The notes under the pieces: generated by a model | The model's database searches: none | The model's input: only the letters and a program-made list of their open reading frames with translations | What the model was told of the DNA's origin: nothing | Translations under genes and position numbers: made by a program | Assembly: GCF_006345805.1 (NCBI RefSeq) | Contig: NC_043003.1 | Coordinates: forward strand, 22,072,001-22,136,000 | DNA from: Octopus sinensis | Taxonomy: Eukaryota | Length of the DNA: 64,000 bases | Reading direction: 5' to 3' | Shown: piece after piece, positions 38,655-50,389 of the stretch | Layout: every line of letters starts with the position of its first letter | Position numbering within the stretch: position 1 is the stretch's first letter

Positions 38655-39650
38655 TGCTGAAAGGCGATGCGCTGCCAGAATCGTTAGCACGCCGGACGAA
38701 ATGCTTAGCGGCATTTCATGTTCTGAGTTCAAATTCCGCCAAGATCGACCTCGCCTTTCATCCTTTCGGGGTCGATCTAATTGACTGCCCCCCCCCCTTT
38801 TTTTCAGGCCTTGTGCCTATAGTAGAAAGGATTATTATGGTTATTGTTACTGTTAAGTGGCAGAATTGTTAGTGTGTAAGACAAAATGTTTAGCTGCATT
38901 TCATCCAGCTCTTTATGTTCTGAGTTCAAATCCTGTTGGAATCCACTTTGCTCAATCTAATCAACCTGATCCCTCCCTCTCCTCACAGTTACTGGCCTCG
39001 TGCCAAAATTAGTCTTATTACAAAAGATGACAAGCTGGCAGCATCATTACCATGTCGGTCAAAATGCTTAGCAGCATTTCTTCTAATTCATCGCGTTCTG
39101 AGTTTAAATTCCGCCGGGGTCAACTTTGTCTTTCAGGGTTAATTGAACAAGAACCACTTGAGCACTGGGGTCAATGTAATCGACTAACACCCCCCGCCAA
39201 ATTTCAGGCCTTATTTCTTATTTCTTTATTGCCCACAAGGGGCTAAACATAGTGGGGACAAACAGAGGGATTAATTCGATTACATCGATCTCAGTGCGTA
39301 ACTGGTACTTAATTTATCGATCCCGAAAGGATGAAAGGAAAAGTGGACCTCGGCGGAATTTGATCTCAGAATGTAACAGCAGACGAAATACTGCTAAGCA
39401 TTTCGCCCGGCATTCTAACGTTTCTGCCAGCTCGCCGCCTTTTCAGGCCTTGTCCCTACAAGAAAAAGTTATTAAGGCGGCTCGGTGGTAGGATCATTAG
39501 CATTTCGTTTGTATTTATGTCCCGAGTTCAAATTCTACTGAGGTCAACTTTGCTTTTCATTCTTTCGGGGTTGATGCCATCAAATTATTCCACTCCCATA
39601 AAATTACGGGCATTGTGCTAAAATTTGAAACCGTTATTATTATTGCTTAA
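38655..39650 (+). mobile_element. Head-to-tail cluster of at least four family N SINEs
   Basis: The B-box segment GTTCTGAGTTCAAAT recurs at about 38720, 38918, 39095 and 39522, each followed by a Nin-like domain and GGCCTTGTGCC...ATTATT tail. Confidence 0.8.
39213..39440 (-). mobile_element. Young family N SINE inserted antisense into an older family N copy, 11-bp TSD
   Basis: TTTCAGGCCTT at 39202-39212 and 39441-39451; the body is the reverse complement of 37633-37857. Confidence 0.9.
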
Positions 39651-39699
39651 TCTCATCCCTTCCATCTCACCAGTCTCCTGAATGGATTCTTACTAACAC

Positions 39700-41200
39700 T
39701 TTAAAGCAACTCGTGCTTGAGTTCCAGATTTGCATCAATGATCCAAGTTTTCCACCACAACAGACAGTATGAAAGACCTTCATTCTTTCCCATCCAGTTT
39801 TTGAGATGTTCATGGAAATTAGGCGACACTCTGCTTTGGTACAATTCAGTTGTCTAGACTTGTTTGTCGCCGTAATTTGGACCGTTTTGACTTCAGGAAA
39901 CAACAAAGACATCTCTATATCTCTTCTCCTGAACTAGAAGCACTATATCGCCATGGTGACCTTACCATCAAACTGGACAAGAACAACACTGTCACGGTTT
40001 AATAAGTGAGATTTCCTCAGGGAGAAAGTACACTTCCTGCTCAGCAACCGATTCCACCTTGGGACTTTACTCATTGTAAACAAAATCTTATTTCCACCAT
40101 TATACACCAGCTCATCTCTCTACTTCTGACCTCAGGTACAAATCTCAAACACTCCATCCAATTCCCTGCCATTAATTTCCTCCTCAAAATTAACAATTCC
40201 AATCATCCTATTATCCTCTACCTGAAGTTTTCCACAGTTAACCATTACAACCTTACATCGCTCCTGATTACAACCTTGCTATCCCACAGCCATCTTGCCA
40301 ACATTAGCCTCCATCTCTTCAGCTCCTTTTCCTTTGACCCTCCAAACTCCTCTTTACCTCTGGGTGTTACCACTCCATACTCTACCTTTTCGATTCTGGC
40401 TCAAAGTGATGGACCCAGGTCTCATCCGTGACTATTCTCTCCAAAGAAGCTGCACCTTCATCATTGTAGTCGTTGGCGATCTTCACACGATTGTGCTTAT
40501 GCGCTTCAGTAAGCTCTCTTGGCACATGTCTCGCTTAAACTTTACGAAAGCAAACAGATATTAAATTTCTCTGCACTGAACTTATTCCTTGAACTCCTTC
40601 CTCAGGTGAATTTCAATAGACAGGTTACAAGAAGAGACGTGAGTATCAACATGTAGACTACTTCAAGGTTCAGATTTTCACCCAGTTCGCGGAGATCTGA
40701 CTTCTGAGTTATACGATTGTTGTATCACTGTCCCCTTAACCCTCATGAAGGGCCTGCTCACCACTTTCATCTTGGTCTTTCGCTCCAAAATTCACTTCTA
40801 CCTTCTCTGACACTTCCTTCGATTTCCTAAAATGTTTTTACCAGCACTTTCCAGTAATCCCAAACCTACTGGCTCCCACTCATATTTCGTTTATTTGGTT
40901 TTCCAACGCGCACACACATCTAATCTGTCGACCCCTTATCACAATTTCTTTGGTTCGGCCACCTCTGCAGGAAAGAACTTCCCACCCCAAGTAACAAATG
41001 CACCCTTTTTTCCTTTCACGAGGCCACACCATTGTGGATGTGACCATCACCATCAAACAAGCCAGTCATCTGCTGGAACCTTGCACTTCAGTCACACATT
41101 CATTTACCCACCTGGCAACTGAATCCCTTTTCAGCACATCACTCCCTTTTTCTAAACAGATAAAAACTTAAGCGACTACGTTTAGGTATTCCTTTGTCCC
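39700..41200 (+). mobile_element. Decayed Penelope-like (PLE) reverse-transcriptase remnant, interrupted by a mariner fragment
   Basis: Frame-broken peptides FDFRKQQRHLYISSPELEALYRHGDLTIKLDKNN, QNLISTIIHQLIS, LHLFSSFSFDPPNS and KPTGSHSY follow the order of PLE RT motifs (AL..L...DLIIKPADKG; DT.HAL..F..F; YKPTDSHSYL). Confidence 0.55.
40361..40720 (-). mobile_element. Mariner transposase fragment
   Basis: Minus strand RELTEAHKHNRVKIANDYNDEGAASLERIV.DETWVHHFEPESKR*SMEW matches mariner WVPRELT...RIVTGDETWVHHF.PESKRQSMEW. Confidence 0.8.
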
Positions 41201-41469
41201 TAGTCACCCCCAATATGGAGCTTCTGTTCTTTCCTTCATCCGAAGTTCAATTTGCTCCTTCATTTTCGGCACAACACGTCCATCATTATACCAAGCTTGT
41301 GCCTCTGACAGCATATGCAGTAGAGTCTTATCTCTATACAATACATTTATCGTAATCTTAATCGCCAACTTAACATGAAGGTTGTGTTAGAATACAGAAT
41401 ATTGCGAGAATCTCATAAGGATTTATTTGCCTTCTGTCAAGGTAAATTACCCAGTGTTCTGTATTCTGT

Positions 41470-41665
41470 GGAGGTGCGTGGCTTAGTGGTTAGGGTGTCA
41501 GCATCATGATCGTAAGATTGTGGTTTTTGAGCAAAACACTTCATTTCACGTTGCTCCAGTCCACTCAGCTGGCAAAAATGAGTAACGCTGCGATGGACTG
41601 GCGTCTCGTCCAGCTGGGGAACGCATACGCCATAGAAACCTGGCTAGGCTTTAAAAAGGGCGCAT
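41470..41665 (+). mobile_element. CORE-type SINE (family B head, different tail), B box deleted
   Basis: Nearly identical to 51612-51850 apart from the internal deletion. Confidence 0.8.
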
Positions 41666-43689
41666 TTATTATTTTTTTATTCTATATTCTAACACCACTT
41701 CCACATTAAGTTGGAGATTAAGACTATCTTTGGGTATTAATACTGCTTCTGTCGCCATTAAATACATCTATTGTATATAAGTGAGACACAGAGCAGTGTA
41801 GGTGGTTGCTTCCGGGGATAAGACGATACCTGAAACAGTGTTCTGGGTATCCGCAAACCTGTAGCTCACCACTTCAACAACTTACCTGGTCGTTCCCAGC
41901 CTGACTTCTGTCTGAAAAACTACAATATTATGAATTAAGGGAGATTCGTTAATTCAATGAGCAGCCCCACCTTCCTTTTTTTTTATTTTGTTACCCTGGG
42001 GACTTTGATCTTCCCGTTATGAAAATCCGCCTCAGCTTCTTCTGTCAGACTTTAATGTCTAAGAGGAAATTTAGTGACATCGATCTCAACAGTCTAGGAA
42101 GGCCATGGGTTCTACCTCCGGACCCTGCAAGAAGAAGAAAAGAAAAGGGAACTTCTGAACAGGATATCTCGCAAGATCGTCACTTTTTAAAACAGAAATA
42201 GGGAGGAGGTTTGAGAAAGAATGAAATCGTTTATGTGACGGACAAAGCGAAAGTTTATGGGAGACAGCCTGACTGTTGAGATAGTGGAAGAGGAAATTCT
42301 GCCGTTTAGGTGTGTATGTGGGGGATAAAAGAACTGAAGCTTTGTCGATTCAAGAGAAATCCGTGCGGGAGGGAGATAGCTGTGTGTTCTTGGAACTGGA
42401 GATCCGAATTCTTGCGACTTAATCATCATAGCTGTTGAGTTTGGTGGGATGACAGTTTTATTGAGAGTCAGTTGGTTTTTAAAGGCACTGAAGTGGAAAT
42501 GTGTGAGGGGTTATCGATAGTAATTGAACTATTGAGAGAAATGATATGTTGGATTTTGTAGAGGTAAATTCTAAAGCCAAGCCACGTACGAAATAATAAC
42601 TTCATCGCAAGACTTACTATACCATTCCCTCTCCTCTATTCAATATTTTATTTGAATATCAGAGTTGCCTCCCTTACTTATGACATCATTAATGATTATG
42701 ATTTTTCTTTGCGGTAAGGGAATTTTATTTTGAAAAATTTTTTGATTTAATTATATATATATATATAAAATATTGCATACAACAACGACTTCATTAATCC
42801 TCACTTAAATTTCTTCATGTGAGCTTTAAACTCCCACTCTCTGAATTCCAAGGCGTTGAAATGATTGTCAGTACAAAATTCCTGTATGAACGAGACGTCG
42901 GTACGTCGCAGATTTGATTCCAGTTGCTGCTGAATGAACTGTTACAGCTCAGAGCTTTCTTAATGCAGAGGCCTAGCATCCTAACTCCTACCTCTTAATA
43001 AAAAAAAATACTATAGAGCATTGAGTTGTTCGGAGGCCTGTAATGCTACTAAGAAGGCCTCGGTGCAGCAACATGAAATGAAGTTCTGATTGGTCCAGAA
43101 ATCGAACCCATTACATTACAATTAGCTCAACACCGTTACCGCTAGGTCACTTACCTTAGCTTACAGTCAATATTAAAAATGATTTAGTATTGATAACTTC
43201 TTACTCCCCGCATAAAGTAATAGGTCTAATCAAATGATCAAATCTCTTAATTCTCAAAGTACATGGCTGTATTCTAATCGACAAGTTAAGTGTTGAGATA
43301 TTTGATGCAACAAGCATCGAAAACCCAGTTAGTAATATTTATATAGTATAGATGAGAAATATTTATATGGTGGGGATAACCAACCATAACACTGATTAAT
43401 ATTTTTGTTAGCGTTCATGAAGAGCAGAGTGTAAATGTGACGGTGGGGAAAGATGTCTATCAATGGATTTGAGTGGGGTGTGTGAAGATGCACGTATGGC
43501 GTAGTGATTAAGGTGTTGGACTCATTATAGTAAGGTTATGGGTTCGATTCCCATACCGTAGGTCATGTTGTATTCTTGAGCAAAGCACTTCATTTTTTAC
43601 GTTGCTCAAGTCGTCTTAAATTAAAATGAACTACAGTAATGGTTGGAGGTTATCTACGCAGCGGGTGGCGTCCCATTCATTGTATAAGA

Positions 43690-43945
43690 GACTCTTATCT
43701 ATCCACCCCGATGAAGGAGGCTTTGTAGTTTCTTCAGAAAGAATACTCATATGCGAGACCTAGGTTCATCATTTTGGGCCAGAATTCTAAAGTCAGAGTA
43801 TGGAGTGGAAAAAAACCCAGATTCACCAGCGAAAGGCTAATTCAAAACTCAAACTTTCACAGAAAAAGTGATGCGAATCGTTTTTCGTGACCCCAAAAGA
43901 TCTATACTGGAGCATTACCTAGAAAATAGCGCTACAGTCACCAAC
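43690..43945 (+). mobile_element. Mariner transposase fragment
   Basis: VHHFGPE..SQSMEWKK.PDSPAK..FKTQTFTEKVMRIVFRDPKRSILEHYLEN matches the mariner catalytic region (KFKTQPSAGKVMLTVFWD..GPILEHYLE). Confidence 0.75.
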
Positions 43946-44440
43946 TTCGTCATATTATTTGTGTCTACAGAGATTGTCTACTATCCTGTATGATAGTATT
44001 CTCATTTCTGTGTCTGCTAGCGAGAAAGACAAATTAAAAGGAGTGCATGCAGATAGATTAACAGTTGTGTTCTCGTGCCCATGACAGGACTTACCTAAGA
44101 TTAAGAAGATAGCCATGCTTATTTGTTGGTACCGAATTACCAAAACAGAGCGACTAATATTCGCTGGTGTATTTATAACGTTCGTAATTTAATTAGGTCA
44201 ACCGAAAGCAATAGGATTATTCACTATATCAGGCTTGACCCGTGAATGCCTTGAAGAAGGCCTAAGAGGTCGGTTTTTTCTCATTAACTTCTCAGTACAG
44301 AAAGGCTAAGACAACAGCTTGAGAACTTCCTTGACAATGTGGATTCGCTTTTGAATCATAGCTAAGGTATTCTGTAGCTGTTCGCCGCATATTTATTTGT
44401 GTGTGTGTGTGTGTGTAAGGTATTAGCGATGGAAGTAGTA

Positions 44441-44794
44441 TACTCTTTACTCTCTTTTACTTGTTTCAGTCATTTTGACTGCGGCCATGCTGGAGCACTG
44501 CCTTTAGTAGAGCAAATCGATCCCAGGACTTATTCTTTGTTTTTGCCGAACCGCTAAGTTACGGGGACGTAAACACACCAGCATCGATTGTCAAGCGATG
44601 TTGAGTGGGGGGACACAGACATAAATACATATATATGACAGGTTTCTTTCAGTTTCTGTCTACCAAATCCACTCACAAGGCTTTGGTCGGCACGACGCAA
44701 TAATAGAAGACACTTGCCCAAAGTGCCACGCAGTGGGACTGAACCCGGAACCATGTGGCTGGTAAGCAAACTTCTTACCACACAGCCACTCCTG
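44441..44794 (-). mobile_element. Family A SINE, near full length, antisense
   Basis: Reverse complement of 45484-45891 with a short internal deletion. Confidence 0.9.
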
Positions 44795-45483
44795 TACCAA
44801 AAATCAATATTTGTATTCAGCTTAGCGTGGATGTCTTGTTGGAACACCGGAGGCCGCGTTATTAGCCTTTAGAGATCCGTTCATATAGGCACTTGGTGCA
44901 TAACAACACACACATATATCGTTGTAGATGAGAATTGTTTGATTTCAGTCTACTAAACACCATCAGTGTGTGTGTGGGGGGGGGCATCTCCGGTCACTAC
45001 GTTCCAGACCAATCTCGCTGTTACGATATAAATCAGGCTGAAACACTGCAGTGTCGCAAACTCTTTCCCCTCAATCATTCGAATGTGTTGTGAACATTGA
45101 CCGACAGGAAAAGTTGTTCTCTGCAGACAAAATACACCAGCGATAAGCATGTTCACGTTCGAATCGGCCGGAACGTATTAAGAGTAAATATGTACGTCAT
45201 TGTTTTGATCATCACTGTTCTCCTTGCATATGATCAATTACCATATACAGTGAGTTCTCTGAAAACCCTTCATCTTTTGATAGTATTTTGTCCAAATCTA
45301 AAAATCTTTTAACAAAAATATTAATAAATACGCGCCGAAAGTGTAACAAAGAAGAGGTAGACCAGTAATCGCAAAATTTCGAATGGGAAGAATCCCATTT
45401 TTTTGTTTTTGGGGTTTTTTTAGTTTCGATGGAGTCAAAACAATAAATGCTTTCTCGTTAGTGTTTTTTTTTTTCTACGCAAG

Positions 45484-45891
45484 CTGGAGTGGCTGTGTGG
45501 TAAGTAGCTTGCTTACCAACCACATGGTTCCGGGTTCAGTCCCACTGCGTGGCACCTTGAGCAAGTGTCTTCTACTATAGCCTCGGGCCAACCAAGGCAT
45601 TGTGAGTGGATTTGGTAGATGGAAGCTGAAAGAAGCCCGTCGTATATGTATATATATATATATATATATGTGCGTGTATGTTTGTGTCTGTGTTTGTCCC
45701 CCTAGCATTGCTTGACAACCGATGCTGGTGTGTTTATGTCCCCGTAACTTAGCGGTTCGGCAAAAGAGACCGATAGAATAAGTACTGGGCTTACAAAGAA
45801 TAGGTTCCGGGGTCGAGTTGCTCGACTAAAGGCGGTGCTCCAGCATAGCCGCAGTCAAATGACTGAAACAAGTAAAAGAGTAAAAAGAGTA
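45484..45891 (+). mobile_element. Family A SINE, full length, young
   Basis: tRNA-like head (A box TGGCTGTGTGG, B box GGTTCAGTCCC), CORE-like GGCACCTTGAGCAAGTGTCTT, central (TA)n(TG)n and (AAGAGTA)n tail. Confidence 0.9.
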
Positions 45892-46390
45892 AGCTCGCTC
45901 GTTCACAGACGTACTTCAAGACTGTTCTCTTATTTCCAGATAATAAGCTTGTTCTTTTTTTTTTGATAGCACGAGAGTTTTGTGGAATTTCTTGAATCTT
46001 GAGATGATCTTCTCTCCTCAAATGCAGCTGGTTTTAATTACCATTTGGTAATTATGATACATATTCTAGAGGCGGAGATCATTTTAATAAATCAAGAATT
46101 TTTGTTACATGGATTTTGGCATATTGGTATTTGCCCGCGATTAAATAAAGAATCTTATTGAAAAACAACCTCTTTATTCACCAATTTAAGCTAACTTTAT
46201 GATATCTAGTAAACGCGATAAAATTTATTGAAATGAACTTTTGAAAAATGGCGTAGATTACAAAAAAAAAACATGAGCACATATTTAATACGATAGCTTC
46301 AAGGGAAATAACTCTTGCAAGTATTCCCCTTTAGAGTGCCTTCCCTTTAATAAAAAATTGATTTTATTGGAATATAACGTATGTATATTT

Positions 46391-46662
46391 CGTTTTGGGA
46401 TTTGGTTTGCAAGATTCTTTATGTGAGTTCGTGTGTTGAAGCATATTCTGTTGTGTTTGGGGAGAGTCATTTGCTTTTTGTTCCTTATCATTTAACACAC
46501 TCACCGGTAAAATTTCCACTTATTTCAAGACTATTGAAAAGGTTGCAAGACGCAACGGAAATTTTAGGAAAATAAAAATAAGAAATAAGTGGAAATTTTA
46601 CCGGTGAGTGTGTTAAATTATAAGGCACCAAAAGAAAACGACTCTCCCCAGACACGACAGAA
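46391..46662. repeat. Foldback (palindromic) repeat, copy B
   Basis: 81-bp inverted arms at 46446-46526 and 46582-46662; homologous to copy A. Confidence 0.9.
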
Positions 46663-46994
46663 TGTATGTATATGGTTCATATATATAGAAAACCACATTA
46701 AAAATACAAATCCGAAACCAGGTAAGACAGAAAAAATGGGAAAAGAGAAACAAAGAAAGAAAAAAAGAGAACACACATCACTTCAACACCAAGTATCTCA
46801 ATTGGTCGCACACCACAAGGTTCAACGGACCCACTGAAACAATTTCTTCAATTTTTTGCGTTACTGAATACAATAGTAATGAAATATTTAATTGCGATTC
46901 AAATCCTGCCAAACTCAACCTTACATTTTATCCTACTAAGGATGATAAAATATAGCATCAGTAGAGTATAGGAATTGGTTTAGCAGATTATAGC

Positions 46995-47140
46995 AGTCGT
47001 GGGCAACCTGCAGTCTGCAGAAGTTTCTGAATGGCACGCCCAGAGAAAAACTGTCTTTGCTTTTTTTAGTAGTGAGGCCCACCTGGTCACGAGTCATCTC
47101 CCATGCGGCTCGCTTCTCAAAAAAGGTTACCCGTGCTTGG
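46995..47140. mobile_element. Short hAT-like MITE
   Basis: Imperfect TIRs CAGTCGTGGGCAACCT / AGGTTACCCGTGCTTG; candidate TSD GATTATAG / GACTATAC. Confidence 0.5.
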
Positions 47141-47257
47141 ACTATACACTTCCCTAAAATGTTGTTACAATACCTGCGAGAAACAGCAGCGAAATCCCTC
47201 TCAGATCTCACTCTTCTTTAAATAAAAAAAAAACGGTATGGCATGATGGATGTTATA

Positions 47258-47583
47258 CTGGCACTCCGTCGTTTACGACGACGAAGGTTCCAGTTGATCC
47301 GATCAACGGAACAGCTTGCTCGTGGAATTAACGTGCAAGTGGCTGAGCACTCCACAGATTTGCGTACCTCTTCACATACTTCTCAGGGAGATTCAGCGTG
47401 ATATAAAGTGTGACATGGCTGGCCCCTTGAAATACAGGTACTACTCATTTTTACCAACTGAGTGGAATGGAGCAATGTGAAATAAAGTGTCTTACTCGAG
47501 TACAAAGCGCGTCACCGGGAATGGATCTCACGACCCTACGATCGCAAGCTGAATACTCTAATCACTAAGCCACGCGCCTTCAC
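47258..47583 (-). mobile_element. Full-length family B SINE with 12-bp TSD
   Basis: TSD ATGGATGTTATA (47246-47257) / ATGGATGATATA (47584-47595); homologous to 15443-15772. Confidence 0.9.
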
Positions 47584-47971
47584 ATGGATGATATAGTCGG
47601 AGATTACTTACACTTGAACAAACAAGGTCATGGTTGGAATGTCTGTGGTAGAAGAAAGACCGGGAGGGGAAGAGATAGCGTCACGTCGGCGAGTGAGAAG
47701 AAAAGTTTCTCTCTATTTCATGCTATCTGCGACAGAGGCGAGACGTGACGATAGAGAGGTCGTGACAACACATGTTAAGAATTGAACAGTCTGTCAGGGG
47801 TACCCGATTGCATGTCGAGGTAAGAGTGACTTTATTTACGTGCCTTCGAACCACAAGCTATTTCGGCACATTTGTTACAAACTGTGAGGATACGTCTGAA
47901 AAGTGGATTTTTAAATATTTTTCTTTCGCTCTTATTCTTCGTTTTCTTTCTTTCTTTTTTTTTCTTTTGTA

Positions 47972-48240
47972 ATGGCCCCAAAAATCAGAATCGGTAGTAA
48001 CGTGTTGAAACCATTCACTGGGGAAGGCAATGTGGTGGACTGGATAAAAAAGGTGAAACTCGTGGCGAAGTTGCAGAGAATAGAAGATGTGCCTAGCCTT
48101 ATGCCGTGGTACTTAGAAGGTAGTGCACTGAATCTCTACTTGGAGATGCATGAGGCGGACCAAGAGAAAGCGGGAAAAAATTGAAGAGTGGCTGGAGAAC
48201 ACCTTCACGGAAGGGGATTTCATAGCCTACAGCATGTAGC
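47972..48240 (+). pseudogene. Gypsy gag N-terminal fragment
   Basis: LKPFTGEGNVVDWIKKVKLVAKLQRIEDVPSLMPWYLEGSALNLYLEM, then a frameshift. Confidence 0.75.
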
Positions 48241-48269
48241 TATGTCAAAAGGTGAGCAGAAGGAGTGAA

Positions 48270-49630
48270 CTGGGGTGATAAAGTGGAAGAGAAGACGATG
48301 GAGATGATGCGAGAGGTCTTGAAGAGAGTACGAGCAGAAGATCCAGTGAAGGGTAGTTGGTACGTGCCTGATACAAAGAAAGGGATCGTGTAGTGCGACG
48401 CTAGCAGAATAGCATTGGGAGTAATGCTAGAAATAGGTGTTGTGGTGGATGATGCAGTGTGGCTTAGGAAGAAGGACGACTACAACCACATCAATGTAAC
48501 CGAACTGGATGTTGTGTTAAAGGTCATCAACCTAGCATTGAGATGTTGACTACGAACCGTCGAGGTCTGGACTGATTTTGCTACAGTGCGTGGGTGGGTG
48601 GAATCAGTGATCACCAACCGGAAGAGGATTCGCATGAAAGGGGCCACAGAAATGGTGATTAAGCGTCCCCTGGTAATCCTGAGGGAGCTAGCTGTCGAGT
48701 TTGACCTGAAGCTGCATGTGATGTTCATGCCCTCAGAAAAGAATATAGCAGATGTTCTAACCAGAATGAAAAATCATTGGTTGGAAACAGTAGAGGATAT
48801 TCCGAGTGGGTTAGCAACGGTTTGTCGGCTTGAGGGTACAGAAATAAGGAAGCTGCACAATATGCACCACATGTGGGTCGACAGGACGTTATTTTGGGCT
48901 AGGACGGTATACCCCGATGTCAACAGGAAGTGCGTTAGGAGGATAGTGGGGAATTGCAACAGGTACCAATCGATCGATCCTGCCACGAACCAAGAAAAAT
49001 TTCAGGTAGAGGAAGACTGGAAGAGGCTAGCCATTAACGTAACGCACTATTGGAGAAAGGTGTACCGGGACGAATGACTATATGGAGAGAAATCAGGACG
49101 GAGACTGTTGCCGAAGTCGCAGAAGTGTTGAATGCGGTGTTCTTGGAAAGGGGGCCTGTAGACGAGTTATTAATGGATAACTGAAGTTTTTCGCGTAGAG
49201 CAGCTGAGAGAGGTGCTTGGAAGGTGGAGCACAAGACGCTTCTTCAGAGCTGCATACAGGCCCGGAGGAAATGTAATTGTGGAATGGCACCACCGTACGA
49301 TTAAAGCCATGGCTGACAGGGGACGAATCTCCCCTATGGAGGCAGTCTTCTAGCACAACATGTCGTCCAGGGTAGGGCAAGCCGAAGAGTCAGTCCCGCC
49401 GAGGGCCATATTCCGTAACAAATGGAGACACCTGAGTGTGGTGCCACAGCAGCTAGAGGTAGAAGGGATTACCTCTGTGCAGGTTGGAGACGAAGTGTAG
49501 CTGAAACCCCCGAACGCTCGGTGTACAACGCAATGAGTAAAAGGAAAGGTGGCCGCGATCAGTACTCTGAGTAATGTATCAGTGGATGGAATACCGCGTC
49601 ATGTTCTGGATATTCGAAGAGTTATTAGCT
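48270..49630 (+). pseudogene. Gypsy pol remnant: RNase H and integrase with stops and frameshifts
   Basis: RNase H CDAS..ALG...HINVTELD...WTDFATV...SEKNIADVLTR; integrase zinc finger LHNMHH...C; core LLMDN, AAYRPGGN.IVEWHHRTIK; C-terminal VDGIPRHVLDIRRV. Confidence 0.85.
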
Positions 49631-50223
49631 CTTCCGATGACGAAGGTCTCTAAGGGAACGACGCCTCCCTTCACACCGCCCCAGGTGGATGGACAATTAC
49701 GAGACAGAACAGGGGAGCAGTGATCTTTAGGTGGAAGGAAGACCAGAAGGGGAAGAGACGACGTCATGTCGGCGAGTAAGAAGAAAATTTTCTCTCTTTT
49801 TCCTGCTATCTGCGACAGAGGTGAGACGTGGCGTTAGAGAGGTTGTGACAACACGTGTTAAGAACTGAACAACATGTGGTTGGTAAGCAAGCTACTTACC
49901 ACACAGCCACTCCTACGCCTATATCTTCGCCCACTCTTACGTCTTCCTTACTTTCTCATCACTTGCCCCAACTGATATTTCTTTGAACACATGTCTGGAT
50001 TGCCATGTCATTGAGTCCAGCTAGTTCTTATCCTGTGGCTACTCACCATTAGCCTATGTTGAATTAGTGGTGTATTCTTCACTTGGAAAGGATTTAGTAT
50101 TCACAGTCAGTTGCCTGGTTGAGTATGAAATTTATCTCAGTGGTTTGCATGTTTACCTTTTGGAAGCTGATCAGGCAGCTGGCCTGTTTTCTGAAGTTAG
50201 TGTTACAAATGGACAGTCAACCA

Positions 50224-50297
<74 letters not shown>

Positions 50298-50389
50298 CCA
50301 GGCTTTGGCTCAATTTCCACAGAACAAATTTAACCTATAAGGTATTAGTCAACCTCTGTCGTGTATCTTTTACTTGTTTTAATTATTCT

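Larger units (their letters stand above)
47640..49874 (+). mobile_element. Internally deleted Ty3/Gypsy LTR retrotransposon (about 2.2 kb) with ~150-bp LTRs
   Basis: Direct repeats 47640-47788 and 49721-49871 (TG...CA, about 18 substitutions); polypurine tract AGGGGAGCAG at 49711-49720; gag, RNase H and integrase remnants in Gypsy order. Confidence 0.9.

Noticed and set aside
41900-42500. Possible LINE endonuclease remnant on the minus strand
   Set aside because: Motif similarity was too weak to name a family without a search.
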